The translations under genes and the position numbers were made by a program. The notes under the pieces were generated by a model. That model made no database searches and was not told where the DNA came from. It worked only from the letters and a program-made list of their open reading frames with translations. A DNA stretch of 64,000 nucleotides from Oceanispirochaeta sp. (GTDB taxonomy: Bacteria; Spirochaetota; Spirochaetia; DSM-2461): contig CAXXOA010000002.1 of assembly GCA_963666275.2 (NCBI GenBank), forward strand, positions 640,001 to 704,000, given 5' to 3'. Each line of letters begins with the position of its first letter. Positions within the stretch are counted from its first letter, which is position 1. Below are positions 38,804 to 49,451 of this stretch, in pieces.

Positions 38804-41092
38804 ATGAAATATCAGAGAATACAACAGCTGATCTCCTTCCTGATCCTTCTTCTTTCCGGCAGCAGTCTGACAGCAGGAGTATTTCAGGAGGGAGAGAAAA
38901 AGAATGTTCTTCTGATTACGTCCTACCATTATGGAGATACCTGGACGGACAATGTGGTCAATGGAATTCAGGATATTCTCGACAGACTCAGCGGGATCGA
39001 GCTCTATACAGAGTACATGGACTTCAGACGCCGGCCGGAACTGGAATATTCCCGGGTAATGGAAGATTACATACTGGAAAAGTATCAGAATGAAAAAATT
39101 GATGTGATCATTGTATCGGATGATGCAGCCCTGGAACTGCTCATAAAACTGCGGGCGGATCGCTTTGCGGACATCCCTCTGGTATTTTGCGGGATCAACG
39201 AATTCCGTGAGGAGAGTCTGATGGGACAGACCGGCATCGTGGGTGTTAATGAGACCCTCATGATCGATCAGACACTGGATTTGGCCCTACAGCTGTTTCC
39301 ATTGACAAAAAGGGTCTACGGAGTCGCTACTGATATCAGTCTCGCCGGCCGTCGCAATCTGGAAGAGTATCGGACATCCTCTTATCAGTCATCCAGAAGG
39401 GTTCAGCTTCTGGAACTCCTGAATTTAACCACTGATGATGCGGCAGAGGTGCTGTCGAAGCTTCTGAAAGACTCAATTCTTCTGGATCTTTCAGGACTCA
39501 ACTCTCCTGAAGGGAGGCAGATTTCCCGAATACAGACCATGGAATTGATGACTGGGTATTCCAACCTGCCTGTCTTCACCCTCTGGTCCTCCTCTATGGG
39601 GGAAGCGGGAGCTTTAGGGGGAGTCGTGGTAGACGGATACAAACAGGGAGTCCAGGCTGGAAATCTGGCGACCCGGATTCTTATGGGAGATACCCCGGAT
39701 TCAATAGCCCTGGTGACAGAAAGTCCCAATGTCACCATGATTGACTACACGCTGATGAAACAGTTCAGCCTGAGCGAGAAGGATTTGCCCTTAGGGACTG
39801 TAAAATTGAACAAACCCACCAGCTTCTACGAACTGTACAAGAAGTATGTCTGGTTCTACACCTCCCTGATGTTCCTTTTGATTCTTTTGGTACTGCTGCT
39901 CCTGTACTCCTTTCTGCAGAAGAGGAGAGCCGTCCATACCATAGCTATCCAGGAGAAAAAGTTCCGCACCCTATTCGAAAACGTACCGGACTATGCGCTG
40001 CTGCTGGAAAAACGGGAGGATGGGGTTTTTATTTCCGATCTGAACGAGGCCGCCTGCCGTGTTCACGGCTATCAGAGGGAGGAATTACTGGAACAGCCTC
40101 TGGAGGTAATGGATCCCGAGTCTCTTGACCATGACAGGCTTGATTCTGAATTGAAGCAGATTGATCACCTGGGCCGGCTTCATCATGAGATTCTTCATCA
40201 TCGGAAAGATGGGAGCTGTTTTCCCGTCGAAGCGACAGTAACGCCTGTGGAGATAGAGGGGCGGAGCTTTCTTTTCTCAGTGGAAAGGGATCTTACCAGG
40301 CAGAAAGAGCTTGAGCAGGAGAAGAGCGAGCTGGAGAAACAGATCCGGCAGAAGCACAAAATGGAGGCCATCGGTGTTTTAACGGGAGGGATTGCACACA
40401 ACTTCAATAACAGCTTGAATGCCATCATTGGAAATTTTGAACTGGCCTCCGTGAAAAATGATGACCCTAGTATTCAGCAATATTTGAAAAACGGGATTGA
40501 GGCAGCCTTCAGGGCCAGTGGTCTGATCGATCAGCTGACGACTTACAGTCACTCTTATGAAAGGGATTATTCACTGGTAAACCTTTCCGGAGAAATAGAG
40601 AAGACGCTTTCTCTTATACGTTCTACCCTGCCTGCGACCTTAATTCTCACTGTAAAAATTTCTGAGGAGAGCCGTGATAAGCATATCATGGCTGATTCAC
40701 AGAGTATTCAGGAAGTTTTGAAGAATTTATACCGTAATGCAGCCGATGCAATTAGTGATAAGGGGTCTTTGACCATTTCTCTGGATCTGGCACCCGCCGG
40801 TAACCTGGATAATCACAGAGAGTACTCCCATCTGGATAAATGCCTGCAATTAAGAATCTCAGATACAGGGTGTGGTATCTCTGATGAAATCTTGGAAAAA
40901 ATCTTTGATCCATTTTTCTCTACTAAAGAGGTTGGAACCGGCATTGGAATCGGTCTGACAACGGTAAAAGGAATCATCAGTCAATTGGGTGGGACGATAC
41001 GGGTCAGGAGCCGGCTTCAGGAGGGCAGTACATTTGAGATCTACCTTCCCATTGCAGAATCAGAAACTCTGAGAAAAGTTCCTGAAAAATGA
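38804..41092 (+). CDS. sensor histidine kinase (ABC-type periplasmic sensor, PAS, HisKA, HATPase)
   Basis: [19 protein letters not shown] (HRKDGS.FPVE), [28 protein letters not shown]; no receiver domain. Confidence 0.9.
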   Translation: MKYQRIQQLISFLILLLSGSSLTAGVFQEGEKKNVLLITSYHYGDTWTDNVVNGIQDILDRLSGIELYTEYMDFRRRPELEYSRVMEDYILEKYQNEKIDVIIVSDDAALELLIKLRADRFADIPLVFCGINEFREESLMGQTGIVGVNETLMIDQTLDLALQLFPLTKRVYGVATDISLAGRRNLEEYRTSSYQSSRRVQLLELLNLTTDDAAEVLSKLLKDSILLDLSGLNSPEGRQISRIQTMELMTGYSNLPVFTLWSSSMGEAGALGGVVVDGYKQGVQAGNLATRILMGDTPDSIALVTESPNVTMIDYTLMKQFSLSEKDLPLGTVKLNKPTSFYELYKKYVWFYTSLMFLLILLVLLLLYSFLQKRRAVHTIAIQEKKFRTLFENVPDYALLLEKREDGVFISDLNEAACRVHGYQREELLEQPLEVMDPESLDHDRLDSELKQIDHLGRLHHEILHHRKDGSCFPVEATVTPVEIEGRSFLFSVERDLTRQKELEQEKSELEKQIRQKHKMEAIGVLTGGIAHNFNNSLNAIIGNFELASVKNDDPSIQQYLKNGIEAAFRASGLIDQLTTYSHSYERDYSLVNLSGEIEKTLSLIRSTLPATLILTVKISEESRDKHIMADSQSIQEVLKNLYRNAADAISDKGSLTISLDLAPAGNLDNHREYSHLDKCLQLRISDTGCGISDEILEKIFDPFFSTKEVGTGIGIGLTTVKGIISQLGGTIRVRSRLQEGSTFEIYLPIAESETLRKVPEK

Positions 41093-41162
41093 TCCTATCC
41101 GGGATGACAGAAAAAATCCTTCTTATCGATAATGATGTTCTGGAACCCGATGTATTTTCCAT

Positions 41163-41210
41163 AATTCTGCGCAGTTCCACCCGGTCCCATCATCGGCACT
41201 AAATATGGGG
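41163..41210 (+). repeat. degenerate Module B 5' box
   Basis: AATTCTGCGCAGTTCCACCCGGTCCCATCATCGGCACTAAAT. Confidence 0.65.
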
Positions 41211-41333
41211 TTCTGATTATATACGATTGTGATTCCTCCATATTCACATACCGCGACTATTTTAGAGTTCTGAAATCGTATGGGGTTTATAGGTGACGAG
41301 TTCCTCAATTTAGAAACCGAGAGTGGAAAAGGA

Positions 41334-41759
41334 TCACATTTTGTTTGTTATACTTCTTAATAAATCATAGAATTTCTCTATGTCTTCAGTTGCAAGATCT
41401 GCAACACCTTCGGCAGTGAGGTCTCTGTGATGCTGACTGTGCTTCTGGTAATGTCCTTGTCCGTTCTCTGTCAGTACAATCACGATGGAACGACGGTCTT
41501 CCGGATTCGGGATTCTTTTCACCAGGTCGATTTTTTCCAGATTGTCGATTGCAACGGTTAATGTCCCTGTTGTAATTCCCATTTTCCCGGCCAAATCCTT
41601 CATCTTCATAGGTCCCTGTGCCCCAAGGATCTCTATTGTATGCATCTGTTGAAGAGTTATTCCAGAAGCAGATACAATGGAGTGCTCCCAGGAGGACAGT
41701 TTCTCATAAAACTCAATTATTAAATCTGAAAGTTTTCGGATATCATCATTTTTACTCAA
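41334..41759 (-). CDS. MarR-family regulator
   Basis: MKDLA..MGIT.GTLT..ID.LE...LV.R.....DRR. Confidence 0.9.
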   Translation of the reverse strand: MSKNDDIRKLSDLIIEFYEKLSSWEHSIVSASGITLQQMHTIEILGAQGPMKMKDLAGKMGITTGTLTVAIDNLEKIDLVKRIPNPEDRRSIVIVLTENGQGHYQKHSQHHRDLTAEGVADLATEDIEKFYDLLRSITNKM

Positions 41760-43611
41760 TTGTTTTCTCTCTTGTGAATGCTATAGATGATGATAACATG
41801 ACGACAAGAATCGATCCAATATTATGAGAGAGGGCTCCCAGAATAGGAGTTAATACACCAAAACCACTTAAGAGAATGGATACAAGATTGATCGACAGAC
41901 TGAGGATGAGGTCTATCTTTATAATCTTAACCATTCTTCTGCTCAGTCTGATAAGAAAGGGAAGAGAAGAGATACTATCCCGCATGAGGATTATATCGGA
42001 GGCTTCAATGGCCATATCAGTTCCTTTCAACCCCATGCAGACTCCAACAGTTGCGGATGCAAGAGAAGGGGAGTCATTCATTCCATCTCCTACAAACATG
42101 GTTGAAGATCTGTCCTCTTTTACTCTTTCGAGTTTTTGTTCTGGTTTCATTGAGTAGGAGAACTCTTCAATTCCCGCTTCAGATGCAGCCCGTTTTACAG
42201 ACGAATGGGAATCGCCGGAAAGGAGAGTTATTTTTTGAAGACCGTGGGTTCTCAATTGTGCGATTGATTCTTTTACACCCTTTTTCAGAGGATCAAACAA
42301 CTGGATTGTTCCAACAATAGTCTCTCCCCAAAGAATGTCTGAAACAGTAAAACCTTCAGTCTGATCCATATCTCCTGCAGTTATCATTGCCTCTTTTCCA
42401 TCGATAATCGCTGAAACTCCGTATCCTGGAATAACTTTCAGGTTCTCAGTCTGAGCAGGTGTAATGTTTCTACTCTGAGCCAATTCTATGACGGCACTTG
42501 CGATAGGGTGCGTACTACCTGCTTCAAGACCATAAGCCAGAGCCAATATTTCATCCTCCGTGTAACCTTCAGCAGCTAGGATCTCTTTAATTTGTGGTTT
42601 ACCCTTTGTAAGGGTTCCTGTTTTATCAAAATAGACCGATTCAACCCGGGCTGTCTGTTCCAGGGCATTCCCACCTCTTACCATGATACCCGCTCGGGCA
42701 GCCCGGCCAACAGCTGCAATTGTTGAAACAGGACCTGCCAGCAGGAAGGAGCATGGACAACCGACAATTAAAACAGTGATGGCTCTGTTAATATCCTTCG
42801 TGATGAGCATAACAATAATGGAAATAGACAGAATGACCGGGGTGAAGAAGGTTGCATATTTGTCAACGATGCGAGTGCTGGGGATTTTCTCATTTTCAGC
42901 AGAATGAACTAAATCAATTAATTTGCTTATTGTGGAGTCTTTTCCCTTGAGAGTTACCTGCATTTTTATTAAGCCGTCTGTATTGATTGCCCCTGCGGCT
43001 AATTTGTCTCCAATAGCTTTGGAAACAGGAAAGGATTCGCCTGTGAGCAATGATTCATCAACAGACGCTGATCCAGCGGTAAGGATACCATCAATGGGAA
43101 ATGTTTCTCCGGATTTGACGATGACAGTCTCTCCTATTTGAACCTGCTCAATATCCAGAAGAACTTCATTGCCCTCTCTTTCTACACGAGCCTTGGTTGG
43201 ATTCATATCTAAAAGGGATTCAATAGACGAACGGGCACGGCTGCTTACTGCCTCCTCAATAAAGGAGCCGGCCATCATTATAAAACTGACGATTGCTCCT
43301 TCCATAAAGTTTCCTGTTGCCATACAGGCAATCAAGGCAATACTGACAAGCTCGTCGACATTAACCTTTTTTTGAACAACTCCCTTAATGGCATCCAAAA
43401 TAATGGGAAGCCCATTCACAGCTATTGAAAGCAGTAAAATGATCTGAAGTAATAATTCCGGTTTGGGCAGAATAGAAAGATTATGAACAATTCCACTTTG
43501 GTTTATTAGCAATGCAATCGGAATTAATAATCCTCCCATCGCTATCTTCATAAAATCACTGGAACTGAAAATCTCGCGATAAACGGATAGATCACTGAAT
43601 CTGCCAACCAT
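41752..43611 (-). CDS. heavy-metal translocating P1B-type ATPase
   Basis: LTGES, VGCPCS, FDKTGTLT, HPIA, VGDGMNDSPSL; start taken at MVGRF. Confidence 0.92.
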   Translation of the reverse strand: MVGRFSDLSVYREIFSSSDFMKIAMGGLLIPIALLINQSGIVHNLSILPKPELLLQIILLLSIAVNGLPIILDAIKGVVQKKVNVDELVSIALIACMATGNFMEGAIVSFIMMAGSFIEEAVSSRARSSIESLLDMNPTKARVEREGNEVLLDIEQVQIGETVIVKSGETFPIDGILTAGSASVDESLLTGESFPVSKAIGDKLAAGAINTDGLIKMQVTLKGKDSTISKLIDLVHSAENEKIPSTRIVDKYATFFTPVILSISIIVMLITKDINRAITVLIVGCPCSFLLAGPVSTIAAVGRAARAGIMVRGGNALEQTARVESVYFDKTGTLTKGKPQIKEILAAEGYTEDEILALAYGLEAGSTHPIASAVIELAQSRNITPAQTENLKVIPGYGVSAIIDGKEAMITAGDMDQTEGFTVSDILWGETIVGTIQLFDPLKKGVKESIAQLRTHGLQKITLLSGDSHSSVKRAASEAGIEEFSYSMKPEQKLERVKEDRSSTMFVGDGMNDSPSLASATVGVCMGLKGTDMAIEASDIILMRDSISSLPFLIRLSRRMVKIIKIDLILSLSINLVSILLSGFGVLTPILGALSHNIGSILVVMLSSSIAFTREKTIE

Positions 43612-43912
43612 AAAAAACCTCTTTGAAAAACATATAGTTTGATAGTCAAACAATAAGGATTGCTAACAAAGATGTCAATATGGTTTTAAGGAATATATAG
43701 ATTCCTGCTCTGATATTATAATGATTCTGGCGGTGTTTGCACAAAGAAAAATTGAGTATATTTACTGACTATATCGATATATATATTGACGCAATAATGA
43801 TAATTTGATCTGTCAGGAATCTTTTAAAAAAAACAAAAAAATAGTCTTGTTTCCTGCATGCATAAGTTCAGCATTTTTGATTTAATAAATCAATTTTTAT
43901 CAGGAGGCTATT

Positions 43913-44167
43913 ATGGCAAGAAGTCGTGATTCATTTTTAACTGAAGAGGAAAAAGATGATTTAGTAGAAAAAACAAAGGCATATTTTGAACAAGAAAGAG
44001 AAGAGCAACTTGGAAATATGGAATCATTTTTTATAATTGATTATTTTGTAAAAGAGTTAGGTCCTATCATTTCTTCAAAGGTTATTCGTAGGTTTAAGGA
44101 ACAGGTCGAAATGAAACTTGAAGATGCTGAAGTTGAAGTAATGACAAATCTGGATTTTGTAAATTGA
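43913..44167 (+). CDS. DUF2164-family protein
   Basis: EEK......YFE.ER.E.LG........F.KELGP. Confidence 0.75.
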   Translation: MARSRDSFLTEEEKDDLVEKTKAYFEQEREEQLGNMESFFIIDYFVKELGPIISSKVIRRFKEQVEMKLEDAEVEVMTNLDFVN

Positions 44168-44552
44168 ACAGTGCTGTATTGAAGCCGATATCGACACCTT
44201 TATTATTGATAGATAAATACTGCACCGTGACGGAATTCACCTGACAGTTGGCTTATAGAGAGGTGGCCATCTTATCTCCAGAAGGTATAATGATTTTACC
44301 ACAATTTGTTATATCAGATGGATTCAATGGCCACCTGCAGGACTGCAGCAAAAAAGGCTGCACTCAGAAAGATGAGTATGACCTCACCCCTCCTCATTTC
44401 GAACAGTTGCAGTAGTAGTTTGCTGCCTTATTGACTTATCCCATATTGGGATGAGGAAGAAGCTCTCTATTCTGCGGATTCTTTGCTCAGAAAGCATAAT
44501 AGTCCTAATGTAATATAATTTGTTTTGCTGAGAAATAAAGCAGATGAAAAAG

Positions 44553-44590
44553 ATTAACCAGGTTGACAATTTCAGGTTAACCTGGTTAAC
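44553..44590. promoter_or_regulatory. tandem MarR operators overlapping the promoter
   Basis: ATTAACCAGGTTGAC and GTTAACCTGGTTAAC; TTGACA at 44563. Confidence 0.75.
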
Positions 44591-44598
44591 ATAAGAGT

Positions 44599-45039
44599 AT
44601 GGAAGAGAAATCACTTCTTGATATGGTATTTAGATCGCATCAGTTATTACAAACCCTGGAAAGTTCTCCGCATGACTACGGAACAGGAGAAGTGCTGTTT
44701 TCCTCCGAGATCCATACGATTGTAACAATCGGAAAAAAGGGGAACTGTAATCTTTCTGAATTGGCCAGGGATATGTCTGTATCTAAACCGGCAGCATCTA
44801 AGTTTATCAGCAAGCTGACAAAATCCGGTTATGTTAACAAGACTGGTGATCCTGCTAATAAACGGGGAGTCATTATTACCTTAACCGGGAAGGGTATGAA
44901 GGCTGTTTCGGGACATGAGGAATTTATCAGGAAGATGTTTGGACCATTGAAAGAGGTAGAGTTGGAATTGTCCGGGAAAGACGTTTCGGTTATCGGCTCA
45001 TATCTTTCCTCTTTGATTGAAGAGTGCCCCTGGAGATAA
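44599..45039 (+). CDS. MarR-family regulator
   Basis: SEIH.I..I...NLSELA....VSK.A.S....KL...GY...LT.KG. Confidence 0.9.
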   Translation: MEEKSLLDMVFRSHQLLQTLESSPHDYGTGEVLFSSEIHTIVTIGKKGNCNLSELARDMSVSKPAASKFISKLTKSGYVNKTGDPANKRGVIITLTGKGMKAVSGHEEFIRKMFGPLKEVELELSGKDVSVIGSYLSSLIEECPWR

Positions 45040-45055
45040 AAATTTTTGTCTATAA

Positions 45056-45070
45056 GTTAACCAGGTTAAC
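45056..45070. promoter_or_regulatory. MarR operator upstream of target gene
   Basis: perfect palindrome GTTAACC-A-GGTTAAC. Confidence 0.75.
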
Positions 45071-45093
45071 AGTTTGTTGTAAGGAGAATAAGT

Positions 45094-45753
45094 ATGTTTC
45101 ATTGTAATTCAATTGGCAGCTTTCAGGATTTCTTTCTGCGAGTTGTCGTTCTGTCCTGCTTTGTCTATCCGATTCTGGCGGCTCTGGCATTTGCTCTTCA
45201 TCCCAATCTTTTCTGTATGAGTATCAGTCATTCTGTTGAAACCAGGATTTCGGAATTTCATCATAACAGGTTCATGCATTTCGGCCACTTTTTATTGGTT
45301 GTCGCTGTCCCTTTTCTCATGCTGGCCGGTATTCATTTTGCCGCACTACTTTATGAAAAGGCCCCTCTTTTAGCCGGCCTGGGTTTTTTTCTGGTGATCT
45401 TTGGATGTTTCATTCTGATTCTGGATAAGTCGGCTTTGTGTTTTGTTCCCAGTGCTCTTGATACTCTGAGTGAGGATGAGTTTTCAGGATGCTTTCCCGG
45501 AATCAGGGCCATTTTTTCCTATAGGGGCTATCTGAAGGTTCTGCAGTTCCTGCCTGTCCTTCCTCTGGGATTCATTCTTATCGGAATAGGGTTGGTCGTG
45601 AAGCAGCCCATACCCCTGTCCCAGGGCATCCCCATTCTTGTAGGAGCCGTTCTCATGATGAATCCGGATATAGACCTGCTAAGCATGCTGGGGAGTGTTT
45701 CGATCGGAATAGGATTTATTCCCTATGCCGTCTCAATAGCCTCAGGCAATTAA
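45094..45753 (+). CDS. polytopic membrane protein
   Basis: about 6 hydrophobic segments; AAGGAG RBS. Confidence 0.7.
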   Translation: MFHCNSIGSFQDFFLRVVVLSCFVYPILAALAFALHPNLFCMSISHSVETRISEFHHNRFMHFGHFLLVVAVPFLMLAGIHFAALLYEKAPLLAGLGFFLVIFGCFILILDKSALCFVPSALDTLSEDEFSGCFPGIRAIFSYRGYLKVLQFLPVLPLGFILIGIGLVVKQPIPLSQGIPILVGAVLMMNPDIDLLSMLGSVSIGIGFIPYAVSIASGN

Positions 45754-45803
45754 GGAGAGATTTATAATTGAAGAAGTCACCCGAGAGCAGGCTGGAAACT
45801 TTT

Positions 45804-46247
45804 CTATTGCAGAGGCTGCAGTATCAGGAGAATATACTGCCTTTCGGGGATTCTTCGCAGACAGAATCTATATGTTGCATCTCTCTGGTTTTTATATTCT
45901 CCAAATACTTCCCTGGCCGTACCGCTCAGGAAATCTGTCATGAGACTATCCAGGGAACTGTCCAGTTCTGTGATATTTTTTCCGATGACAGTTTGATTGG
46001 GATGGGCCAGGATTGTTTTATCCCGGTCAATGATACAATAAAATCCGTCACCACTGATCTGCCGGTAAGACGTATCTTCCTGTATGTCATCCCTGTTTTT
46101 ATCTCTGATATCTCTTTCTATCAGATCTGCCTGGAGAGAGAGGTTTTCAAATTTCATCTGGTCGGGTTGCTGACTGGTCGCACACCCTATTAAAAGCGAT
46201 AGAAGGATTACAATCCCTGCTTTTTTTAATCCTATGATTTCTTTCAT
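45804..46247 (-). CDS. small Cache-like domain lipoprotein
   Basis: lipobox LLIGC; GFYCIIDRD.TILAHPN...IGKN. Confidence 0.6.
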   Translation of the reverse strand: MKEIIGLKKAGIVILLSLLIGCATSQQPDQMKFENLSLQADLIERDIRDKNRDDIQEDTSYRQISGDGFYCIIDRDKTILAHPNQTVIGKNITELDSSLDSLMTDFLSGTAREVFGEYKNQRDATYRFCLRRIPERQYILLILQPLQ

Positions 46248-46390
46248 TTCAAGTCATTCCCTATTTCCGGTTTGCCATGTTGCTAGCTTCTTGGAAATAT
46301 CGCATTATAAGCAGTTCTTGAGAACAGTTGTTTTCCTGAATTCCTTTTACACTCTATTGTATGAGCTCCGTTTTTCTACGGCTTTTGCTG

Positions 46391-47041
46391 TCAAACAGAT
46401 TCAGTCAGTTCCACTCTTAAAATGGTTTTCAGCTTCTCTTTTGCTGTTCTTCTGGGATCATTCAAATAGATTTCCCAGTGTTCTGTTTTTTTCCAGTTCA
46501 ATCCTGAAATCTTTAATTGTTCATGCATTGTCTGAAACGTGGCGGGTTCGTTGTCATAAGGTCCCATATGCAGAATCTGGGCAAAGCGTCCTTTTCCAAA
46601 GCTTCCGAACTGGAGGTGGTTAAAAGCATCCATCCCCGGATTCTCTTTTTTTGCTGCCTTACGCATAGCAATGTCCCTGTATTCTTCAAACAGCTCTTCC
46701 GTAAGAAACTGCGGCTGCCGGATCATGATTCTATACTGCAACTGGTCTTTACGGTGGGGAGAGTACTGATGTATCCCTTCCTGAAGAGTCCAGCAGCCCT
46801 GGAGCACTCCGACGGAATAATTATGGGCTCCCAGGGGTGAGTCCTCTTTCTTATAGCTCATTTTCAGAGTGTAACTGAAACTGTAGAGAGCACTGAGGTT
46901 CCATGAAAAATCCTGTTCATTAGGATCCCCTTTGCCCTCGATCCAGACAAAGGAACGATTTTTGAGGTTAATTATGTCTACTTTATTTTTTGGTGCCCTA
47001 TAGTCCCATGGATCGCTTTCTTTAAAATTTTCTTCCAACAT
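46391..47041 (-). CDS. GyrI-like small-molecule-binding protein
   Basis: IEGKGDPN...LY..SY..KM...MIRQP...QILH.GPYD.E...H.EIYL.DPRR. Confidence 0.85.
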   Translation of the reverse strand: MLEENFKESDPWDYRAPKNKVDIINLKNRSFVWIEGKGDPNEQDFSWNLSALYSFSYTLKMSYKKEDSPLGAHNYSVGVLQGCWTLQEGIHQYSPHRKDQLQYRIMIRQPQFLTEELFEEYRDIAMRKAAKKENPGMDAFNHLQFGSFGKGRFAQILHMGPYDNEPATFQTMHEQLKISGLNWKKTEHWEIYLNDPRRTAKEKLKTILRVELTESV

Positions 47042-47080
47042 TAATACCAGTCCTCCTGCCTGAAATTATGAATGATCTCT

Positions 47081-47099
47081 GTGACAGCTGTATGTCAGG
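47081..47099 (-). promoter_or_regulatory. putative WYL-regulator binding site
   Basis: minus strand CCTGACATACAGCTGTCAC, 10 bp before CATAAT. Confidence 0.65.
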
Positions 47100-47104
47100 T
47101 TTCT

Positions 47105-48004
47105 TTAATAGTACAGAAGGGCTTTTTTCAGTTTCTCTTCTATCCTCTGGCGTAACGGGGCAGGTTCCATCACTTCTATGTATTCGGACATACCGCAAAG
47201 CAGCTGTTCCACCCAGGCATCTGTGGGCCAGGGGATCCTGATATCATGGGGGAGGGAAGAATCATCTGGTTTGTAGGGCCGGATGATAGGGAAGTCCTTG
47301 TATACACGCTCTTCGTGGACTCTCAGTGTGATCCCCGGAATGGATTCTCTATCGACCCGGTCATGAAAGTTCAGATCCGGGAGTTCTGTCATCTGTTCCT
47401 GCCGGTTGAAAGAGCTCTCTGTCACTTCCAGGGCGGCTATTCTGTCGAGCCGGAAAACCCTGTACTGATCTCTCAGACGGCATCTTGCCTGAAGGTACCA
47501 GCATCTACCCCGCAGTACGACTCTAAGAGGTTCTATCTCTCTGGATGATTCCTGCCTCTGATTATTCTCATATTGAATCTTCAGGGTTTTCTCTTCCGTT
47601 ATGGCATTAATGACTTTTGATAGACTGGCTTTCAGAGCCGAATCCGGAGAGAGTTCGGGAGACCAGCTGAACCATGTTGTTTCTGATAGTGATGAAAGGA
47701 GGCTTATGTCTCCCTCCAGTTCGGGCTGATCTAACATATCGCCCAGAGCTGCTACTGTATTGCACATCAGGGAAAGGCCGGTTGATGAAAAGAGATGTTT
47801 CTCCAGGCGGTAATGGGGTAGCAGACCGATTCCGCCTCCCCGGCCTACGCTGGAAACGAGGGGGAGTCCCGCTGTTTCCAGCTGGGCAAGATCCCTGTAT
47901 ATGGTACGTTCGCTGACCTCAAACTGTTCTGCCAGGGAACCGACTGTCTCTGTCCTTTTATATAAAAGAATCATGATGATAGAAAGAATTCGTTCCATTT
48001 TCAT
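47105..48004 (-). CDS. YafY-family HTH-WYL regulator
   Basis: LA..FEVS.RTIYRD...L; REIEP......WYL.A.C..R...R.FRLDRI. Confidence 0.92.
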   Translation of the reverse strand: MKMERILSIIMILLYKRTETVGSLAEQFEVSERTIYRDLAQLETAGLPLVSSVGRGGGIGLLPHYRLEKHLFSSTGLSLMCNTVAALGDMLDQPELEGDISLLSSLSETTWFSWSPELSPDSALKASLSKVINAITEEKTLKIQYENNQRQESSREIEPLRVVLRGRCWYLQARCRLRDQYRVFRLDRIAALEVTESSFNRQEQMTELPDLNFHDRVDRESIPGITLRVHEERVYKDFPIIRPYKPDDSSLPHDIRIPWPTDAWVEQLLCGMSEYIEVMEPAPLRQRIEEKLKKALLYY

Positions 48005-48076
48005 CCTTAAACTTTATCATCAACCTTCTGTTTGGTAATACAAAAACAGAGAAAAATCGGTCGTTACGGAATGAAC

Positions 48077-48095
48077 CCTGACATACAGTTGTCAC
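48077..48095 (+). promoter_or_regulatory. putative WYL-regulator binding site
   Basis: CCTGACATACAGTTGTCAC, 10 bp before TATGAT. Confidence 0.65.
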
Positions 48096-48142
48096 CCGGG
48101 ATTGGTATGATGGATCAATCGTTATTGAACAGGAGAAGAATT

Positions 48143-48778
48143 ATGCTGTTAAAAGAGAAAAGGGTCTGTTATTTATATGTTCCGCACACTCTGGCGGACT
48201 GGGAAATCGGATTTATCACTTCAGAATTGAATAGTAAAAGATTCCTTTCAGGGCCTGGTCACTATGATCTTAAAACTGTCGGTGCCGGTCCCGAATCCAT
48301 TACAACAATGGGAGGGATTATTATAACACCACAGGAGTCCATTGAAACAATAGATTTCAGGGACGGTGATGTTCTGATCCTGCCGGGGGCTGACACATGG
48401 ATGGAAAAGACACATGACGGGCTTTTGAAGATGCTGCCTGATCTGCTGGAGAAAAACGTTATTGTCGCTGCCATTTGCGGAGCCACGTTTGCCCTTGCGA
48501 GATCCGGTGTGCTGGATGACAGATCACATACAAGCAACGACAGGGATTATCTTAAGATGATTTGCCCGGGGTATCGCGGCAGTTCCTGTTACGTTGATGA
48601 GCCTGTTTGTGTGGACGGGAACCTGATTACCGCTTCAGGGTTTGCTTCCCTGGAGTTCTCCTATGAAGTTTTTAAAAAAATGAATGTCATGAATGATGAT
48701 ACTCTAGAAGCCTGGTATAAGCTTTATCAGACAAAAGAAGCCGGATATTTTGTTCATCTATTGGAGTCTCTCAGATAA
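48143..48778 (+). CDS. DJ-1/PfpI-family (type 1 glutamine amidotransferase-like) protein
   Basis: LADWE.G, LILPGAD.W, AAICGAT..LA..G.LD...HTSN; AGGAG RBS. Confidence 0.9.
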   Translation: MLLKEKRVCYLYVPHTLADWEIGFITSELNSKRFLSGPGHYDLKTVGAGPESITTMGGIIITPQESIETIDFRDGDVLILPGADTWMEKTHDGLLKMLPDLLEKNVIVAAICGATFALARSGVLDDRSHTSNDRDYLKMICPGYRGSSCYVDEPVCVDGNLITASGFASLEFSYEVFKKMNVMNDDTLEAWYKLYQTKEAGYFVHLLESLR

Positions 48779-48845
48779 AATAGGTAAGAATTTTCATCCA
48801 GAAATGTAATTTCAATTAATTCTGGAATGGAGAGGACGTATGCAA

Positions 48846-49367
48846 TTATAAGGACAAAATTGGAAAATCCAGCATATAGAATCTTGAATCATCTGGTCTC
48901 ATCTTTCGGACTTTGAGCTTTCTCTCATAAGTCTTTGTATTCTGATGGATGCAGACAATCATTTCTTTATTTGAATTGAGAGTCATTGCATCTATATGGA
49001 TAGATAAATCACACTGTGATGCTTCCATACTTTCCATGATCAACTTATCCAGTAATCGATACAGCTCCAGTTTTCGCACTGCCCAGTGAATGCTCATATA
49101 ATCAGATTCTATCCTGTATTGGAGCCTTCCCTGATAACGTAAGGACTGTTGTTCCAGGTAGAATCCAACAAAATGCAGTTCATGATCAACACGGGCGAAT
49201 TTGTTTGGCAGATGTGCATAAAAAAGCAATCTGCTGAGGCGAATGAAAGAGCTTTCCAGCACTCTTTCTCTGTTATCCTTTTCTTTAGTAAGCCCTCGAT
49301 TCAGGGCCACCAGATAGGTAAATGACTCTTCCAGAAAACTGTATTGAATGGAGTTTTTCGCTTGCAT
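48846..49367 (-). CDS. hypothetical protein resembling a degenerate LytS-type kinase segment
   Basis: LSRLL.Y...EL.FV..YL..Q..RY..RL.Y.IE. Confidence 0.45.
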   Translation of the reverse strand: MQAKNSIQYSFLEESFTYLVALNRGLTKEKDNRERVLESSFIRLSRLLFYAHLPNKFARVDHELHFVGFYLEQQSLRYQGRLQYRIESDYMSIHWAVRKLELYRLLDKLIMESMEASQCDLSIHIDAMTLNSNKEMIVCIHQNTKTYERKLKVRKMRPDDSRFYMLDFPILSL

Positions 49368-49451
49368 AATATCCCTCTCTAATTCCTGATCATAAATAGG
49401 ACATGAGGGATTTTCCTTGAGGATCGGGACAAAAACCTTTAATATTCAGTC

